From an uncultured Prolixibacteraceae bacterium (lineage in GTDB: Bacteria; Bacteroidota; Bacteroidia; Bacteroidales; FEN-979): 64,000 nt of DNA. Shown piece by piece: positions 37,811-49,349 of the stretch. The position numbers and the translations under genes are program-made. Positions within the stretch are counted from its first letter, which is position 1, and the number at the start of each line of letters is the position of its first letter. Below the pieces are notes generated by a model that ran no database searches, had not been told where the DNA came from, and worked only from the letters and a program-made list of their open reading frames with translations. The DNA lies in NCBI GenBank assembly GCA_964616825.1, contig CAZTSX010000010.1, positions 525 through 64,524 of the forward strand. The letters run 5' to 3'.

Positions 37811-38602
37811 TTAAAATGCAGTAGCTGAAAGGATCGCAAGCAACCCAACGACAAAGCAATAGATTGCAAAGTAGATTAACTTTCCTTTTTTCACAATTCC
37901 GATCATCCATTTACAAGCGATGAGGCCGGCAATGAACGCTGCAAAAAAACCAACAATCAATGACAACATTCCAACGCCACCTTCAACTGTCGCCCCGCCA
38001 TCGTAAAGATCCTTCATGTTTGCGCCAATGATCGGAATCAAGACCATCAGAAATGAGAATCTGGCTACATTGACTTTCTTATCTCCAAGCAACAACCCTG
38101 TTGAGATGGTCGCTCCTGAACGGGAGATGCCGGGTAACACAGCGAAAGCCTGAGCGATACCCATGACAAATGAATCGAAGAATGAGATCTTCCTTGTATT
38201 ATTTTTTTTAAGGTAGGTTGAGGCCAGGATGAGGGCAGTGACAATCAGCATAGAACCGACAAAGACCACATTTCCGGTAAAGAAACTTTCTATTTCCTCC
38301 TTGAAAAAAATACCAAGAATGATAACAGGTATCATGGAAAGTAATAGCCTGGCGATATATGCAGTCTCCTCGTTCCACCTGAATGCAAAGAGGCCTTTCA
38401 GTAATTTGAAAATATCCTTGTAAAATACGACAATGGTACTGAGCACTGTAGCACCGTGTACCACGACAGTAAACATCAGGCTTCTTTCGGCATTCACTCC
38501 AAGAATGGCTTTTCCCAGTTCAAGATGACCGCTACTGCTTACCGGTAAAAATTCCGTCAGTCCCTGAACAATGCCAAGTATCAATGCTTCCAGCCAATTC
38601 AT
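37811..38602 (-). CDS. uppP: Undecaprenyl-diphosphate phosphatase
   Basis: GIVQGLTEFLPVSSSGH, LPGISRSGAT. Confidence 0.95.
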   Translation of the reverse strand: MNWLEALILGIVQGLTEFLPVSSSGHLELGKAILGVNAERSLMFTVVVHGATVLSTIVVFYKDIFKLLKGLFAFRWNEETAYIARLLLSMIPVIILGIFFKEEIESFFTGNVVFVGSMLIVTALILASTYLKKNNTRKISFFDSFVMGIAQAFAVLPGISRSGATISTGLLLGDKKVNVARFSFLMVLIPIIGANMKDLYDGGATVEGGVGMLSLIVGFFAAFIAGLIACKWMIGIVKKGKLIYFAIYCFVVGLLAILSATAF

Positions 38603-38620
38603 AAATGAAAAGAAACGGGG

Positions 38621-38902
38621 TTAATCTTTGGGTTTTTTCATGATCGCAAAGATCTCCACCACGTAACCCGCAAGAATGAGGATCGGTGCCAGGGTGATCC
38701 GGCGGAAACTGAAAATATCCGGATTGAATTGTGAAGGGTCTTTGGAGCCACCGCCGATCATCAGGATAAAGCCAATAGCGATCAGGGCCAGACCAATCAG
38801 CATGAGGCGGTAGTTTTCCTTACCAAAGGCAAAATCACCTGGTGGAGGTGGTTGTTGTTTTGGCTGTGGTGCCGGTTCACCGTGTTTTTTCTGTTTTTTC
38901 AT
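38621..38902 (-). CDS. DUF3098 membrane protein
   Basis: FAFGKENY..M, FNPDIFSFRRITLAP; conserved position between ftsX and uppP. Confidence 0.88.
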   Translation of the reverse strand: MKKQKKHGEPAPQPKQQPPPPGDFAFGKENYRLMLIGLALIAIGFILMIGGGSKDPSQFNPDIFSFRRITLAPILILAGYVVEIFAIMKKPKD

Positions 38903-38921
38903 TCGATTCTCGTTGGGTGCG

Positions 38922-38929
38922 CAAAAATA
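38922..38929 (-). promoter_or_regulatory. Bacteroidota -7 element (TATTTTTG) upstream of DUF3098-uppP-truB
   Basis: TAnnTTTG match 20 nt upstream of the start. Confidence 0.45.
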
Positions 38930-38950
38930 CGCTATTTTTCTGAATATGGG

Positions 38951-39829
38951 TTAACTGTATAACGAATCTGTCTTCATCCGTATGTATTTCCGTACAGCAA
39001 AAAAAGTGGAGATCCATGAGATCACGATACCCAATAAAATGACCAGTGCAAATAACATTGCGAACATCCTAATGTCCTGTAATTCCATTAGTTCAGGAAT
39101 CTCCTGGGCTGAAAAATACAATAATAACAGAAGCAAGCCGATAGCAATTACTCCACTCAGAAATCCGTTCAGAGCCGCTTTGATCAGGAATGGTCGCTGA
39201 ATGAATTTTTGGGTTGCGCCCACCAGTTGCATGCTCCGTATTAAAAAGCGTTTGGCATAAACAGAGAGGCGGATCGTATTGTTGATCAGAGCGATCGCAA
39301 TAAGCAACAGGATCAGGCTAAAACCAAGAATTACCAGGCTTATCTTGTTCACATTCCGGTTTATTTGATCGACCAGCGATCGGTGATAATCCACCTCCTT
39401 AACACCGGAATAGGCTTGCAGTTCCTTCTCGATAAACAGGATACTGTCGGGATTGGCATAACTGGCGTTCAACCTTAATTCAATCGATGGGAGCAGTGGG
39501 TTGTATCCAAGGAAGCCAACAAAATCTTCTCCCAGCTCATCCGAAAACTCCCGTGCTGCCCGCTCCCGTGTAATGTACTCAGTAGATTTTACAAACCGTT
39601 GCTTGTCGAGTTTTTTCTGAAGCTCAAAGATGTCGACCTCCTTGACTCCCTCATTGATCATAATCGAAAAACCAATATTCTCTTTGACATAATCTGATAA
39701 CTTTTTCGCATGAAGCACCAGCATCCCAAGCAAGCCCAGCATAAACAATACCAGTGTGATGCTGATGATCGTAGTCACATAAGATGTGGCTATTCGTCGG
39801 CGTTGATATTCTCTTTCGTTGGGAATCAT
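38951..39829 (-). CDS. ftsX: Cell-division permease-like protein FtsX
   Basis: 292 aa, four TM helices; GYNPL..S; NTIRL....R..I..MQLVGAT..FI..PF. Confidence 0.92.
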   Translation of the reverse strand: MIPNEREYQRRRIATSYVTTIISITLVLFMLGLLGMLVLHAKKLSDYVKENIGFSIMINEGVKEVDIFELQKKLDKQRFVKSTEYITRERAAREFSDELGEDFVGFLGYNPLLPSIELRLNASYANPDSILFIEKELQAYSGVKEVDYHRSLVDQINRNVNKISLVILGFSLILLLIAIALINNTIRLSVYAKRFLIRSMQLVGATQKFIQRPFLIKAALNGFLSGVIAIGLLLLLLYFSAQEIPELMELQDIRMFAMLFALVILLGIVISWISTFFAVRKYIRMKTDSLYS

Positions 39830-39850
39830 CGTATTGAATTCCGGATAAAA

Positions 39851-41599
39851 TTACTTCTTTTTTCGTCCCTTGCCACTGCTTTCCTTTTTCATTTCCTTTT
39901 GCTCCTTGGTATTGAAACCCATATTCGACTTCAGTCCGCTCAGGGTGCTCTTCCAGATGAAGTTGATGATCGATTTATGTTTATCGCGTTCGAAATAGAT
40001 CATGCCTGTACGCAATTTCCCTTTTGGGCCCGGATTGCTTTTAGGTATCAGTATATCACCGGCGATCCAGTTGATCACTCCCGATTTAATCCCCGACCAG
40101 GCAGTATGTTTTTCGTCCAGAATTTTGAATGAAAGGTTTTGATAATATAATGTCAGGCTGCCTTTTGAGTAATTATCGTTGAATTGGATTCCATGAACAA
40201 TCATTTTACTCACATGTCCGCTTTCGAATTCAGCCGGTAACAGTTTGGAGAGCATTGTATTGACCCGGGGAAGTTCGAAAGAGGTAAGGAGGGCTGACGG
40301 AATGGTAAAGCGATTCATCGGATCACCGAACACGAAGTTGATGGTAGCCTGAAGTTTTCCTGTTCCCTGCAGATAAGCTTCAGCTTTTAACGGAGAGACT
40401 TTTTTCTCTGCCAGCCAGAGAGAGTCGTTTGTCAACCCGGTAAGGGTGCCGTTTAGGCGGTCAAAAAAGATGGTCCCTGCCTCTTTGGCGACCTGTTCCG
40501 AGTATGTTGCTTTCCCGTTGCTCAACACCAGGGAATCAATCCGGATATAGGTTTTCAACTCCCTGATCAGCTGTTGTGGCATCGGAGGTTTGAATCCCGG
40601 CTTCATGGGAATCCGTTTGTCCCGATAATCATCCATCACCAGGCTGTCGATCTGTAATTTTCCGGCTATCAGTCGCTTGTGAAACATCAGCTCGCACCAA
40701 TCGATCCTCAACAGGGAGATCTTTTCAATTTGAATATCCATTCGATCAGTTTGAAAACCCAGTTTTCGGGTAAAATCATATCTGTTATACATGGGTTCCA
40801 GGTGGAAGTTCTTCACATAAACCTGGTTTTGCCGGGTTGATAAACCTATTTCACCCGCACTCAACGCATACATCCCATTACCGGTTTTTTGCCTGATCCC
40901 GCGAAGGATCACCACTATGTCATCGGTGTTGTAAATGCGTGGATCTGTTCTCCAGGTGGAATCAACCCACAGGTTGCTGATCCTGATGTCAAACGAAGGA
41001 ATCGTAAACTCGTTGACCGTGTCAGAGGATCTGTCAATGAATCCAAGGCTGCCTGTTTCCAGTAAAATCTCTCCGATCGTGATAAGTTCCCAGCCTTTCG
41101 GAAGCGGGATCGATTGCGTTGTATCTATTTCCTGACGAGCTGTATCCGCTTCCTGGATAGCCGTATCCTTCACCACTTCTTTCATACGCATGATTTTCAA
41201 ATCCGGCGATTTGATCACGATGCGCTTCACATCAACAATCTTGCGAAAGATGACCTTCTTCAGATGGAGGTCATACACATTAAGCTTGTCAACATGCAGC
41301 TGGATCAACATGGGTGGAGCTGAATCTGCCGCTTTCATATCATTGTAAACAGCAGTATCCGGAATGAGAGAGAAATCACGGATATAGAGATGGCCTCCGA
41401 AAATGCCATAGTAAAGCTTGCCAATATCAGCCTGATACAACCCTTTACTCTCTTTATGAATGGCATCTTCTATGGTTCCCTTAATCAGGTTGCCCCAGTA
41501 GAAATAGCCTACAACAAACACGACCAGGATGATACCAGCCAGGATACTCAGTATCCAGATAAGGATTTTTTTCCATCTGGGCCGTTTGTTCTTTTCCAT
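39851..41599 (-). CDS. AsmA/DUF748-like envelope protein
   Basis: N-terminal TM, beta-rich repeats; shares GFQTDRM, DDYRDKR and NF.WKS segments with the neighbouring gene. Confidence 0.65.
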   Translation of the reverse strand: MEKNKRPRWKKILIWILSILAGIILVVFVVGYFYWGNLIKGTIEDAIHKESKGLYQADIGKLYYGIFGGHLYIRDFSLIPDTAVYNDMKAADSAPPMLIQLHVDKLNVYDLHLKKVIFRKIVDVKRIVIKSPDLKIMRMKEVVKDTAIQEADTARQEIDTTQSIPLPKGWELITIGEILLETGSLGFIDRSSDTVNEFTIPSFDIRISNLWVDSTWRTDPRIYNTDDIVVILRGIRQKTGNGMYALSAGEIGLSTRQNQVYVKNFHLEPMYNRYDFTRKLGFQTDRMDIQIEKISLLRIDWCELMFHKRLIAGKLQIDSLVMDDYRDKRIPMKPGFKPPMPQQLIRELKTYIRIDSLVLSNGKATYSEQVAKEAGTIFFDRLNGTLTGLTNDSLWLAEKKVSPLKAEAYLQGTGKLQATINFVFGDPMNRFTIPSALLTSFELPRVNTMLSKLLPAEFESGHVSKMIVHGIQFNDNYSKGSLTLYYQNLSFKILDEKHTAWSGIKSGVINWIAGDILIPKSNPGPKGKLRTGMIYFERDKHKSIINFIWKSTLSGLKSNMGFNTKEQKEMKKESSGKGRKKK

Positions 41600-41603
41600 T
41601 GGT

Positions 41604-44600
41604 TTATTTTTTTTGCGATTTCATCTCTTGCTTATATTCCTTTTTAAATGCTTTTTGTTCCTTTGAATTGATTCCTTCACTCGATTTCAATCCCTCGAGA
41701 ATTGACTTCCAGAAAAAATTAAAATATCCTTTTTCCTCATTCCGGTGATTCCAGATATATCCTCTTCGGTGAATGCCAAAGTATCCCGGATTCTCCTGCG
41801 GGACAGCCATATTTACCAGGATTTGCATTATGTCTGTACCCACCTTGTTCAGAAAATTTTTCTTCACATGCAGTAATTCAATCTGGAGGCCCTGATAATA
41901 AAGATCCAGGATGCCTGTTGCATAGGTGTTGTTTCCTCGCATCCAGTGGATGTTCACACTATCAACCACGCCGCTCTTGATCTTTACCGGTGCTACTTTT
42001 GAAACCATCGGGTTGAACAGGGTCATATCAACACGACCGGTTTTCCCATTAAAATAAAAGGTATCTGTCGGTGACTGCATCGGGAACCTGAACTCCCCTT
42101 CCATCTTGGCTTTTCCCATCATGTAAACAGATCCGCCTGCAACCAGCTCATCCCCTTCGGAAATCATCAGCGAGTCGGTAGTGAAACCTTTTGCCAGGAA
42201 ATGCATTTGATTGAAAAAGATCATTCCTGGTTCCTGCTCAGTCTGCTCCCTATACGTCACCTCCCCGTTGGTCAGTAGAAGGGAATCGATATCCATAGGG
42301 AACGTAATATTACGGATAGCTTGCTGAATCATGGGTGGCCGTTTCCAGTATGGGAATTTCACCCGCTTGTCGCGGTAATCATCGAGTGACAACCAATCTA
42401 TTGCAATGAGGCCGACATGTAATCGCTTCTCATTCAATAATCGTTTAAAATTCAGCCGCTCCAATTTAATGGTGCCTGTCTGGATTTCCATCCTGTCAGT
42501 TTGATATCCCAGTTTCCGTGAGTACCCAAAATCTGAATAGTTTGGCGTCAGTGCGAAGGAGTCGATCTCCAGGATGGATTGTTGGGTAGATAGATGCAAT
42601 CCGGCAAAGGAGATTGTATTCATGCTGTCTTTGGTAACCATGGCGTATCCACCCGTTCTGAGATCGATATCCTGACAGTGAAAGATCGCCGACTGATCCG
42701 GAAACTGATCTGATGTATCGTAACTGAATCCCTTGATCATTGCATAGATATTATCCAGGGAGAGTGTGGTAGTGGTTGTATCTCTATGGTCGATATAGTT
42801 AATATAGTTGATTTTGCCTTTGTCCAGATTCAGTCTGGAGATCGTCATTTTGTTAAACGGGCTATGAATTTCCGGGTGAGTAAATTGTCTTTTTTTCTTG
42901 TCGGGATGGCTCTTTTTCGATTCCTGTCTGACAAGGGTGACCTCCGGCTCTTTGATGTCGATAGACCCAATTGCCAGCTCTTTGTCAAACAATACTCTCT
43001 CCAGATTGAGGTCGTTGATTTGGAGCGAAGGAATCGAAAGGTCAATTTCAACCGGAGGAGGCGTTTTCTGGTTTGGCCTTTTCATCGGAGCAACGCGCAG
43101 GTCTTTTATAGCCAGGTCTGGAGGATAAGAGTCCGATAAAAATCTCGAAAAGTTGATGGTATAGGCGCTATCAAGAATGAGTGGTGCGGTAGTGTCGAGT
43201 TTAAAAGAGAGATGATCGTACCGGAATATTTTTATTCCTTTATCCCATCCTGAGAGATCCATCAGAAATCCGGACAACTGGTAATCAAAATTCTTTAGCC
43301 GAATACACCCGGGCTTTTCATGGTGGCGCTGGATCATATCAAGTGTGCCCTGATTGATGTTCAACTGCTCCAGTTCGATCCGGTTAACGACTTCATGAAT
43401 CACTTCGAAAAGAGCCCTCTGTTGATGTTTCTTCTTCGTCTTTTTATTTAAGTGAATGAATACACGGGGTTTATCAAGCCGTATATGTTTCGCATAAAAG
43501 TGCCTCGTACGGATCCAGTTCATATGATCAAATCCATTGACATCCAACGCTTCAACCCGGATACTCATTTCCTCTTTGATTGTATCCAGTTTAGATTTTC
43601 CGGTGATATCGGCCAGGTAGGTAAGGTCTTTAACTTCCAGGTTTGCTGCCAGTGTGTTGAAATAGAACTCGTTGAAGGATACCTGATGCTGGTCGTCCCG
43701 TGAGTTGTACCGGAAATCCCTGGCCTGTAGATCCAGGTCGAGTTTCCCCAGAATCTCTTTTTGATCCTGCCATTTCAACGAATCAACATCTATACCGGTC
43801 AGATAGAGATCGATCAATCCGGATATCCGTTCATCTTGCTGTCCACGGGTTTTATCCAGAAACCTGATCTTTCCATTGCTGATCTCCACGGAACCTGCCC
43901 GTAATGATTTCATATAAGGCGATACCAGGTGAGGAATGATATTGAGTTTCGTAATGAATGTCGTCTTCTTCTCTGCGCTATCTGACGGAGGCTCTTTTCC
44001 TCTGTATTGAATAATGTCGAGGTCAGGTTCCAATACGGATAACTTAGCAAAATTCAACCTCCTGAAGTTGAACATTTTACTTATATCGACCTGGTAAAAC
44101 CGAACTTCAGGGAACATCAGGTGGTAAAAAGAGTTGCTTTTATATCTCACTGTTTCATCCTGATGTTTGGAGATGGAAAGTAAGGTATTTAAGACCTCAA
44201 TACTGGATTTCCGGGTATTCACTTTTACCTTATATGCGCGTAATTCATGCAGCTTGTCCTCCAAAGCCAGTGTGAAGTTAGTCAGATCCAGTTCAATATC
44301 TTTGGCATAGATGATTTTGGTTGTATCAAGATGAGCCAGGGAGTCGAGTTGAAACTGATGAAACTGAACATCAGCTTTGGAAATATTGACCTCCGGATAA
44401 GGATCCCTGATGGATGCGAAATAATCAAATGAGGCGTTTTTTAGTGAAAAGGTGTCGATCCTGAAACTTCTGATCTTGTTGTCGAAGACCGTAAAGAGGT
44501 TCGCGATGGTAATCTTCTTTTTCGCTCTGTGCCTGACAGGATCTTCAGGGTTCCTGTGTTTGAACACTTTCACAGATAGATCTTCGATTTCAATCGCATT

Positions 44601-45542
44601 GATCCATATCTCCTTGTCAAGCATGGCCTTGAATATATCCACGTCATCAATTGAGAACTCAGGAAGGTAAATCTGGAACAACTGACCTGCTCTGGATGCT
44701 GCAACTCTCTTTTCGGTTAAATTAGGGGTTAGCGTTAGCTCTTTCCCAAATAACCGTGAACCTATTAACGAAAATCCTACTTCATCGGCATGCAGAAAAT
44801 AGAGACTGTCGGCCAGGCTGTATTTAAAATTCTTGATGATCAGCTCAATATCTTTGGAATAGAAGACGCGGTCTTGTTTGTAATATTGAAATGCATTGAG
44901 ATCAAAATCCCTGAGAATGGCTGAGAAAAGATACTCCCCTTCGTTGATTTGTCCGGATTTAATGGTCTGCTTTCCGGTAAATGATCCATCGTTCACACTG
45001 ATCGAATCAATTTTAACTTCCGAAAAGAAAATCGACATCATGGGGTAAATATCCTTGTATATCCGCTTGAATTTCTCCTTTTTCTTATGGATCGTATCAG
45101 GGTAGGCTACAAAATTGATGACTGGTTTGTTGAGTTCAATCTCTCGAAGATGAATGATCCGCTCAAAATATATTTGTTTAATATCCAGTGATTTAAGAAC
45201 AAGTTTTTCGTAGGATAGCCCATACAATGAACTTTTCGCTTTTCCCTCTTTTTTCAACTCCTGGTAGAGTTCCTCATTGGGGATCAGCTTGAAATCTGTG
45301 ACCGTTGCCTGGCCTGTGAAAATATTATACCGGAATTTGTCGAAATTGATCTCATAGAGCCCGTTGCTGGTTTTATGAATTTTATTTTGAAGAAAACCTT
45401 TGATAAAATATTCCCCAAAATGGCTGAGAGCAATGTACAGCGAAAACAAGATTACGAAGCTCAAGACAAACAGTGCTGTAAGAATTTCCAAAACAATTCT
45501 CGAAACACTTCTTTTATTGGATTTTTTTTTGTCGCTGGCCAT
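41604..45542 (-). CDS. Large AsmA/DUF748-like envelope protein (tandem paralog)
   Basis: 1312 aa, N-terminal TM, repeated beta-rich modules; C-terminal part similar to the 39851 gene. Confidence 0.65.
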   Translation of the reverse strand: MASDKKKSNKRSVSRIVLEILTALFVLSFVILFSLYIALSHFGEYFIKGFLQNKIHKTSNGLYEINFDKFRYNIFTGQATVTDFKLIPNEELYQELKKEGKAKSSLYGLSYEKLVLKSLDIKQIYFERIIHLREIELNKPVINFVAYPDTIHKKKEKFKRIYKDIYPMMSIFFSEVKIDSISVNDGSFTGKQTIKSGQINEGEYLFSAILRDFDLNAFQYYKQDRVFYSKDIELIIKNFKYSLADSLYFLHADEVGFSLIGSRLFGKELTLTPNLTEKRVAASRAGQLFQIYLPEFSIDDVDIFKAMLDKEIWINAIEIEDLSVKVFKHRNPEDPVRHRAKKKITIANLFTVFDNKIRSFRIDTFSLKNASFDYFASIRDPYPEVNISKADVQFHQFQLDSLAHLDTTKIIYAKDIELDLTNFTLALEDKLHELRAYKVKVNTRKSSIEVLNTLLSISKHQDETVRYKSNSFYHLMFPEVRFYQVDISKMFNFRRLNFAKLSVLEPDLDIIQYRGKEPPSDSAEKKTTFITKLNIIPHLVSPYMKSLRAGSVEISNGKIRFLDKTRGQQDERISGLIDLYLTGIDVDSLKWQDQKEILGKLDLDLQARDFRYNSRDDQHQVSFNEFYFNTLAANLEVKDLTYLADITGKSKLDTIKEEMSIRVEALDVNGFDHMNWIRTRHFYAKHIRLDKPRVFIHLNKKTKKKHQQRALFEVIHEVVNRIELEQLNINQGTLDMIQRHHEKPGCIRLKNFDYQLSGFLMDLSGWDKGIKIFRYDHLSFKLDTTAPLILDSAYTINFSRFLSDSYPPDLAIKDLRVAPMKRPNQKTPPPVEIDLSIPSLQINDLNLERVLFDKELAIGSIDIKEPEVTLVRQESKKSHPDKKKRQFTHPEIHSPFNKMTISRLNLDKGKINYINYIDHRDTTTTTLSLDNIYAMIKGFSYDTSDQFPDQSAIFHCQDIDLRTGGYAMVTKDSMNTISFAGLHLSTQQSILEIDSFALTPNYSDFGYSRKLGYQTDRMEIQTGTIKLERLNFKRLLNEKRLHVGLIAIDWLSLDDYRDKRVKFPYWKRPPMIQQAIRNITFPMDIDSLLLTNGEVTYREQTEQEPGMIFFNQMHFLAKGFTTDSLMISEGDELVAGGSVYMMGKAKMEGEFRFPMQSPTDTFYFNGKTGRVDMTLFNPMVSKVAPVKIKSGVVDSVNIHWMRGNNTYATGILDLYYQGLQIELLHVKKNFLNKVGTDIMQILVNMAVPQENPGYFGIHRRGYIWNHRNEEKGYFNFFWKSILEGLKSSEGINSKEQKAFKKEYKQEMKSQKK

Positions 45543-45642
45543 GAACCAAAGGAGGGTATGAATCTACGGTAAAGATAGAAAATTCCCTCTAAATTGCTAT
45601 CTTGCACACCAAAAATGGAATAATTCGTTTTTTCAATTGACA

Positions 45643-48489
45643 ATGGAATACAACTTTTCTGAAGTAGAGAAGAAGTGGCAAAAATACTGGCTGGATCACG
45701 GAACATTCCGGGTTGAAATAGATTACTCAAAACCCAAATTTTACGTTCTCGACATGTTCCCGTATCCATCCGGGGCTGGCTTACATGTAGGGAATCCTTT
45801 GGGATATATTGCTTCAGACATTTATGCACGATTCAAGCGATTAAAAGGATTTAATGTTCTGCATCCGATGGGATATGACGCCTACGGATTGCCAGCTGAA
45901 CAATTTGCCATTCAAACCGGGACCCATCCATCAGTCACGACCGAAAAGAATGTCATTCGCTACCGTGAACAGATGAGTAAGATCGGTTTTTCCTACGACT
46001 GGTCACGAGAAATAAAGACCTGTGATCCGGATTATTACAAATGGACCCAGTGGACTTTCATCCAGCTATTCAACCATTGGTACGATCCGGATAAACAGAA
46101 AGCTGAACCGATCGAAACGCTGATCAGCAGGCTTTCAACGGAAGGCTACGATGAGGTCACGTCATCTCAATGGAATAGCAAAACAAAAAAGGAGCAACAG
46201 GAGTTTCTGATGAACTACCGCCTGGCGTACCTTTCCGATGCTATGGTGAACTGGTGTCCGGAGTTGGGAACGGTTCTTGCCAATGATGAGGTAAACAACG
46301 GAATTTCTGTACGGGGAGGTCATCCCGTTGAACGGAAGCTGATGAAACAATGGTTCTTACGTATCACCCCTTATGCTCAACGCCTGTTGGATGGCCTGGA
46401 TACGGTCGATTGGTTTGAATCACTGAAAGAGATCCAGCGGAACTGGATCGGTCGTTCGGAGGGTGCTGATATATTCTTCCCGATCCAGGATACCGATTAC
46501 AACCTGGAGATCTTCACAACACGTCCGGATACCATTTTTGGATCAACCTATATGGTTCTGGCTCCTGAGCATAAGTTGGTGGAGAAGATTACCAGCACCG
46601 ACCGGAAAGAGGTAGTGATGGCTTATGTTGAGAAAGCCAGGAACCGTTCCGAAAGGGAACGCATGATCGAGGTTAAGCATATCACAGGAGAGTTTACGGG
46701 CGCCTATTGCCTCAATCCGATCAACGGTCAACCGATCCCCATCTGGGTAGCCGATTATGTGCTGGCTGGCTACGGAACCGGTGCCATCATGGCTGTTCCG
46801 GCACATGATCAACGCGACTATGAGTTTGCAAAACATTTTGGCTTGCCCATTATTGAAGTGGTTTCCGGAGGTGATATCTCAGAAAGCTCCTACGATGCAA
46901 AAGAGGGGATCCTGATTAACTCCAACTTCATCAATGGCATGTCTGTGAAAGAAGCGGTACAAGCCGTAACCGAGCGATTAGAGGAGATGGGAATTGGTCA
47001 AGGGGCTATCAATTACCGGCTGCGCGATGCCATTTTCAGCCGGCAACGTTACTGGGGTGAACCATTTCCGATCTACTACAAAGATGGAATTCCCTACCCT
47101 CTCGATGAATCTGAACTTCCGTTGCGGCTTCCCGGTGTTGATAAATACCTTCCTACCGAAACGGGTGAACCACCTCTGGCAAGGGCGAAAGAGTGGAAAA
47201 CCAGGGAAGGATATCCGCTCGAAACTTCTACTATGCCAGGATTTGCAGGATCCAGTGGGTACTACCTCCGGTACATGGATCCGAAAAATGATAACGAATA
47301 TTTCTCCGGGGAAGCAGCGGAATACTGGCAGAATATCGACCTCTATATTGGCGGTTCAGAGCATGCAACGGGTCATCTAATTTACTCCAGGTTTTGGAAT
47401 AAATTTTTATATGATATTGGATTAATCCAAAACGAAGAACCCTTTAAAAAGCTGATAAATCAAGGGATGATTCAGGGAATTAGTCAAAAAGCTAAAGGTT
47501 TTAAATCTGGATCCCTTGACGATATGAAATTTTATATTATTCCACCTGATTTTACATATATAGAAAACAATATATCAGAAAAATACCCGAGTTGGCGTAA
47601 TATTCCTATTGAATTTGTCAAGGATGGCAAATTAACTGCTATGAACCTTGAACTTATGAAACAGAAATATCCACTCTTTGATGACTTACAAATAGCTACA
47701 GTAAAGGATATTATTGATTTACCTCCTAAAAGGAAAGACAGATTGACACAAACCCAAAAAAGTCTTATTCATGATGGCTGGGTGGAATTAAAGCCTGAAT
47801 TGGAGAAAATGTCAAAATCAAAATTCAACGTGGTGAATCCCGACCAGATTATTGAAGAGTATGGCGCCGATACTTTGAGGATGTATGAGATGTTTTTGGG
47901 TCCGCTTGAGCAATCAAAACCATGGGATACACATGGTATCGAGGGTGTATTCCGGTTTATCAAAAAGGTGTGGCGGCTCTATCACGACGATACTAATCAG
48001 TTTCGTGTTACCGATGAGGCTCCAACAGCGGAGGAACTCCGGGTATTGCATAAAACCATTAAAAAGGTACAGGAAGATATTGAACGGTTCTCGTTCAATA
48101 CCGGAGTAAGCACATTCATGATCTGTGTAAACGAATTGACCGAACTGAAGTGTCACAAGCGGGCTATCCTTACCGATCTGGCCATCATCTTATCGCCATA
48201 TGCTCCGCATCTGGCGGAAGAATTATGGGAACAACTTGGTCATAAGGAGAGTATCTCCAAAGCCTTTTTTCCCGATTTCAACGAAGAATTTCTGAAAGAT
48301 AATACGTTTGAGTATCCTGTTTCGTTTAATGGTAAACTTCGCTTTAAGATCACGCTTCCACTCGACCTGAATGTGGCCGATATCGAAAAAGCTGTCCTTG
48401 AAGCTCCGGAATCAGCAAGATGGTTGCAGGAAAAACCTCCAAAGAGAGTCATTGTCGTTCCGAAAAAGATCGTCAACGTGGTGATATAA
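45643..48489 (+). CDS. leuS: Leucine--tRNA ligase
   Basis: [15 protein letters not shown] (HIGH-like), [28 protein letters not shown]-terminal VPKKIVNVV. Confidence 0.97.
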   Translation: MEYNFSEVEKKWQKYWLDHGTFRVEIDYSKPKFYVLDMFPYPSGAGLHVGNPLGYIASDIYARFKRLKGFNVLHPMGYDAYGLPAEQFAIQTGTHPSVTTEKNVIRYREQMSKIGFSYDWSREIKTCDPDYYKWTQWTFIQLFNHWYDPDKQKAEPIETLISRLSTEGYDEVTSSQWNSKTKKEQQEFLMNYRLAYLSDAMVNWCPELGTVLANDEVNNGISVRGGHPVERKLMKQWFLRITPYAQRLLDGLDTVDWFESLKEIQRNWIGRSEGADIFFPIQDTDYNLEIFTTRPDTIFGSTYMVLAPEHKLVEKITSTDRKEVVMAYVEKARNRSERERMIEVKHITGEFTGAYCLNPINGQPIPIWVADYVLAGYGTGAIMAVPAHDQRDYEFAKHFGLPIIEVVSGGDISESSYDAKEGILINSNFINGMSVKEAVQAVTERLEEMGIGQGAINYRLRDAIFSRQRYWGEPFPIYYKDGIPYPLDESELPLRLPGVDKYLPTETGEPPLARAKEWKTREGYPLETSTMPGFAGSSGYYLRYMDPKNDNEYFSGEAAEYWQNIDLYIGGSEHATGHLIYSRFWNKFLYDIGLIQNEEPFKKLINQGMIQGISQKAKGFKSGSLDDMKFYIIPPDFTYIENNISEKYPSWRNIPIEFVKDGKLTAMNLELMKQKYPLFDDLQIATVKDIIDLPPKRKDRLTQTQKSLIHDGWVELKPELEKMSKSKFNVVNPDQIIEEYGADTLRMYEMFLGPLEQSKPWDTHGIEGVFRFIKKVWRLYHDDTNQFRVTDEAPTAEELRVLHKTIKKVQEDIERFSFNTGVSTFMICVNELTELKCHKRAILTDLAIILSPYAPHLAEELWEQLGHKESISKAFFPDFNEEFLKDNTFEYPVSFNGKLRFKITLPLDLNVADIEKAVLEAPESARWLQEKPPKRVIVVPKKIVNVVI

Positions 48490-48521
48490 GCGGGAATTTA
48501 TGTAATGGCGACCGGGTTTAT

Positions 48522-49349
48522 ATGGGTTATTACATCCTTGCATTCCTTCTTATTCATTCCTTATTCCTCATTGGACAGGATTTAACCCCAGTGAAGAACG
48601 AAGCCTTCACCCAAGGCGAATTCCTGAAATACCGTGTCTATTACGACTCCTATGTTACAGGAAAGGTAACTGCCGGAATTGCTACGGCCGAGGTCAAATT
48701 TGATCTGGAAGAGGTGAACGGAAGGCAAACCTATCACCTGGTTGGAAAAGGCAAAACCCAGGGAGCGTTTAACTTATTTTTTAAAGTAAACGACCGGTTT
48801 GAAAGTTTTATAGACAGGGAATTGCTGGTTCCATGGAAATTCATCCGGCGAACAAAAGAGGGAGATTACGAATACGATGATGATGTAAAGTTCAACCAGT
48901 TCACAGGAACTTATTCAAGCACACGCAAGAATAAATCAATGCCCAAAGGAACGCAGGATCTGATCTCTGCATTATATGTTGCCCGAACGTATGATCTTTC
49001 TAACGCTTCGCCTGGAGATAATTTTCCTATTACCTTTTTGCTGGATGACTCGATTTACGTTTCGGCAATCATGTATATGGGAAAAGCTGATGTTCTGACT
49101 GACCTTGGGACATTCCGTTGTCTCCGGTTCCAGCCCATGGTCGTGTCCGGAAACGTCTTCTCCCAGCCCTATCCCATGGATGTCTGGATCACAGATGATA
49201 AAAATCACATCCCCCTGCTGATTAAATCTGCTGTGATTATCGGATCTATCAAGATGGAGCTCATGGAATACAAAGGGCTGGCAAATCCCATGACTTCGAT
49301 GATCAAGCCTCCAAAGAGAAATCGATCCAAAAAGAAGAGAAAAAACTGA
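48522..49349 (+). CDS. DUF3108 domain protein (exported)
   Basis: Signal peptide; AF..GE.L.Y; FFKVND.FES..D; W.TDD.N.IP; start at MGYYIL after the leuS stop. Confidence 0.8.
   Translation: MGYYILAFLLIHSLFLIGQDLTPVKNEAFTQGEFLKYRVYYDSYVTGKVTAGIATAEVKFDLEEVNGRQTYHLVGKGKTQGAFNLFFKVNDRFESFIDRELLVPWKFIRRTKEGDYEYDDDVKFNQFTGTYSSTRKNKSMPKGTQDLISALYVARTYDLSNASPGDNFPITFLLDDSIYVSAIMYMGKADVLTDLGTFRCLRFQPMVVSGNVFSQPYPMDVWITDDKNHIPLLIKSAVIIGSIKMELMEYKGLANPMTSMIKPPKRNRSKKKRKN

Noticed and set aside
47480-47800. Intein or group I/II intron in leuS
   Set aside because: The segment is short and in frame, lacks intein terminal motifs (C/S start, HN end) and sits where a variable native domain is expected.
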